DNA of 24,000 bases, from the NCBI RefSeq assembly GCF_900215575.1, contig NZ_OBEJ01000001.1, positions 858,588 to 882,587 on the forward strand, read 5' to 3'. Below, piece after piece: positions 23,755-24,000 of this stretch. Each line of letters opens with the position of its first letter. The first letter of the stretch is position 1. The notes under the pieces are model-generated. The model searched no databases, was not told where the DNA came from, and worked only from the letters and a program-made list of their open reading frames with translations. Position numbers and translations under genes: made by a program. This DNA is from Natronoarchaeum philippinense (lineage in GTDB: Archaea; Halobacteriota; Halobacteria; Halobacteriales; Natronoarchaeaceae).

Positions 23755-24000
23755 ATGGAACTGGACACGCCGGTACTGGACGATCACATGCATCTCGACC
23801 CGGATCACGGGCGCGGGATCGACGCCGTCGAGGACTTCGCCCATCTGGGCGGCACGCACCTGCTGGTTGTCAACAAGCCGTCGTGGCACCTCGGCGTCGA
23901 AGCCGGCGACCCCGACGCGGTCGATCCGGCGGCGGCCGGCGAGGAGTTCCGTGAGGTGTTCGAGCGCACGATCAAGGTCGTCGAAGCGGCCAGCGACGTG
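23755..24000 (+). CDS. TatD-related metal-dependent hydrolase, N-terminal part; continues past the window end
   Basis: Begins MELDTPVLDDHMHLDPDHGRGIDAVEDFAHLGGTHLLVVNKP. The HxH metal-binding motif lies near the N-terminus. The frame is open to position 24000. An AT-rich AAGTATTTT lies about 30 nt upstream of the ATG, giving leaderless-type spacing. Confidence 0.6.
   Translation, partial: MELDTPVLDDHMHLDPDHGRGIDAVEDFAHLGGTHLLVVNKPSWHLGVEAGDPDAVDPAAAGEEFREVFERTIKVVEAASDV

Noticed and set aside
1-24000. Search for CRISPR arrays, tRNA/rRNA genes, IS elements, integrases and prophage or defence-island signatures
   Set aside because: No regularly spaced direct repeats, no cloverleaf-like or rRNA-like segments, and no transposase or integrase ORFs or terminal inverted repeats were seen. 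All sizeable intergenic regions are accounted for as divergent or convergent promoter and terminator regions. Apart from the archaellin gene and its flanks, composition looks uniform.

Overview
High-GC haloarchaeal (class Halobacteria) chromosomal DNA. Evidence: hyper-acidic proteins, almost exclusively G/C-ending codons, a PGF-CTERM sorting signal, an HTH_10/Bat-type regulator and leaderless-style TATA spacing. Left to right: a partial membrane-anchored protein (-); an uncharacterised acidic protein; the archaellum accessory operon arlCE-arlF-arlG-arlH-arlI-arlJ (+); a convergent second FlaD/E-domain gene (arlD-like, -); a 289-bp AT-rich divergent promoter region; one unusually long archaellin gene (+). 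Next come a REC-GAF-GAF-HTH_10 regulator, a 2-TM K+ channel with tandem RCK domains, and a biotin cluster bioB + Rossmann-fold ORF / bioF-bioD. That cluster is split by an oppositely oriented Tat/PGF-CTERM PQQ-like beta-propeller gene. The window ends with a 7TM-PAS histidine kinase (-), gcvH and gcvT (-), an NYN-domain protein and the start of a TatD-like hydrolase (+). I found no rRNA, tRNA, CRISPR array, transposase, integrase or terminal repeats. I also found no multi-gene module resembling a defence or otherwise unknown system. The most interesting points are: (1) the bio cluster has no bioA, and an NAD(P)-type ORF coupled to bioB is a candidate BioU-like replacement; (2) a BirA-operator-like inverted repeat (cTGTAAACt-N14-GGTTTACgA) lies between the bioB TATA box and its start codon; (3) the archaellin is oversized and sequon-rich and has Glu at +5 of the mature N-terminus; (4) the arlD-like protein carries a C-terminal Cys/His cluster. 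All family assignments come from motifs read by eye, not from database searches. The many long ORFs antisense to these genes are GC-driven shadows.
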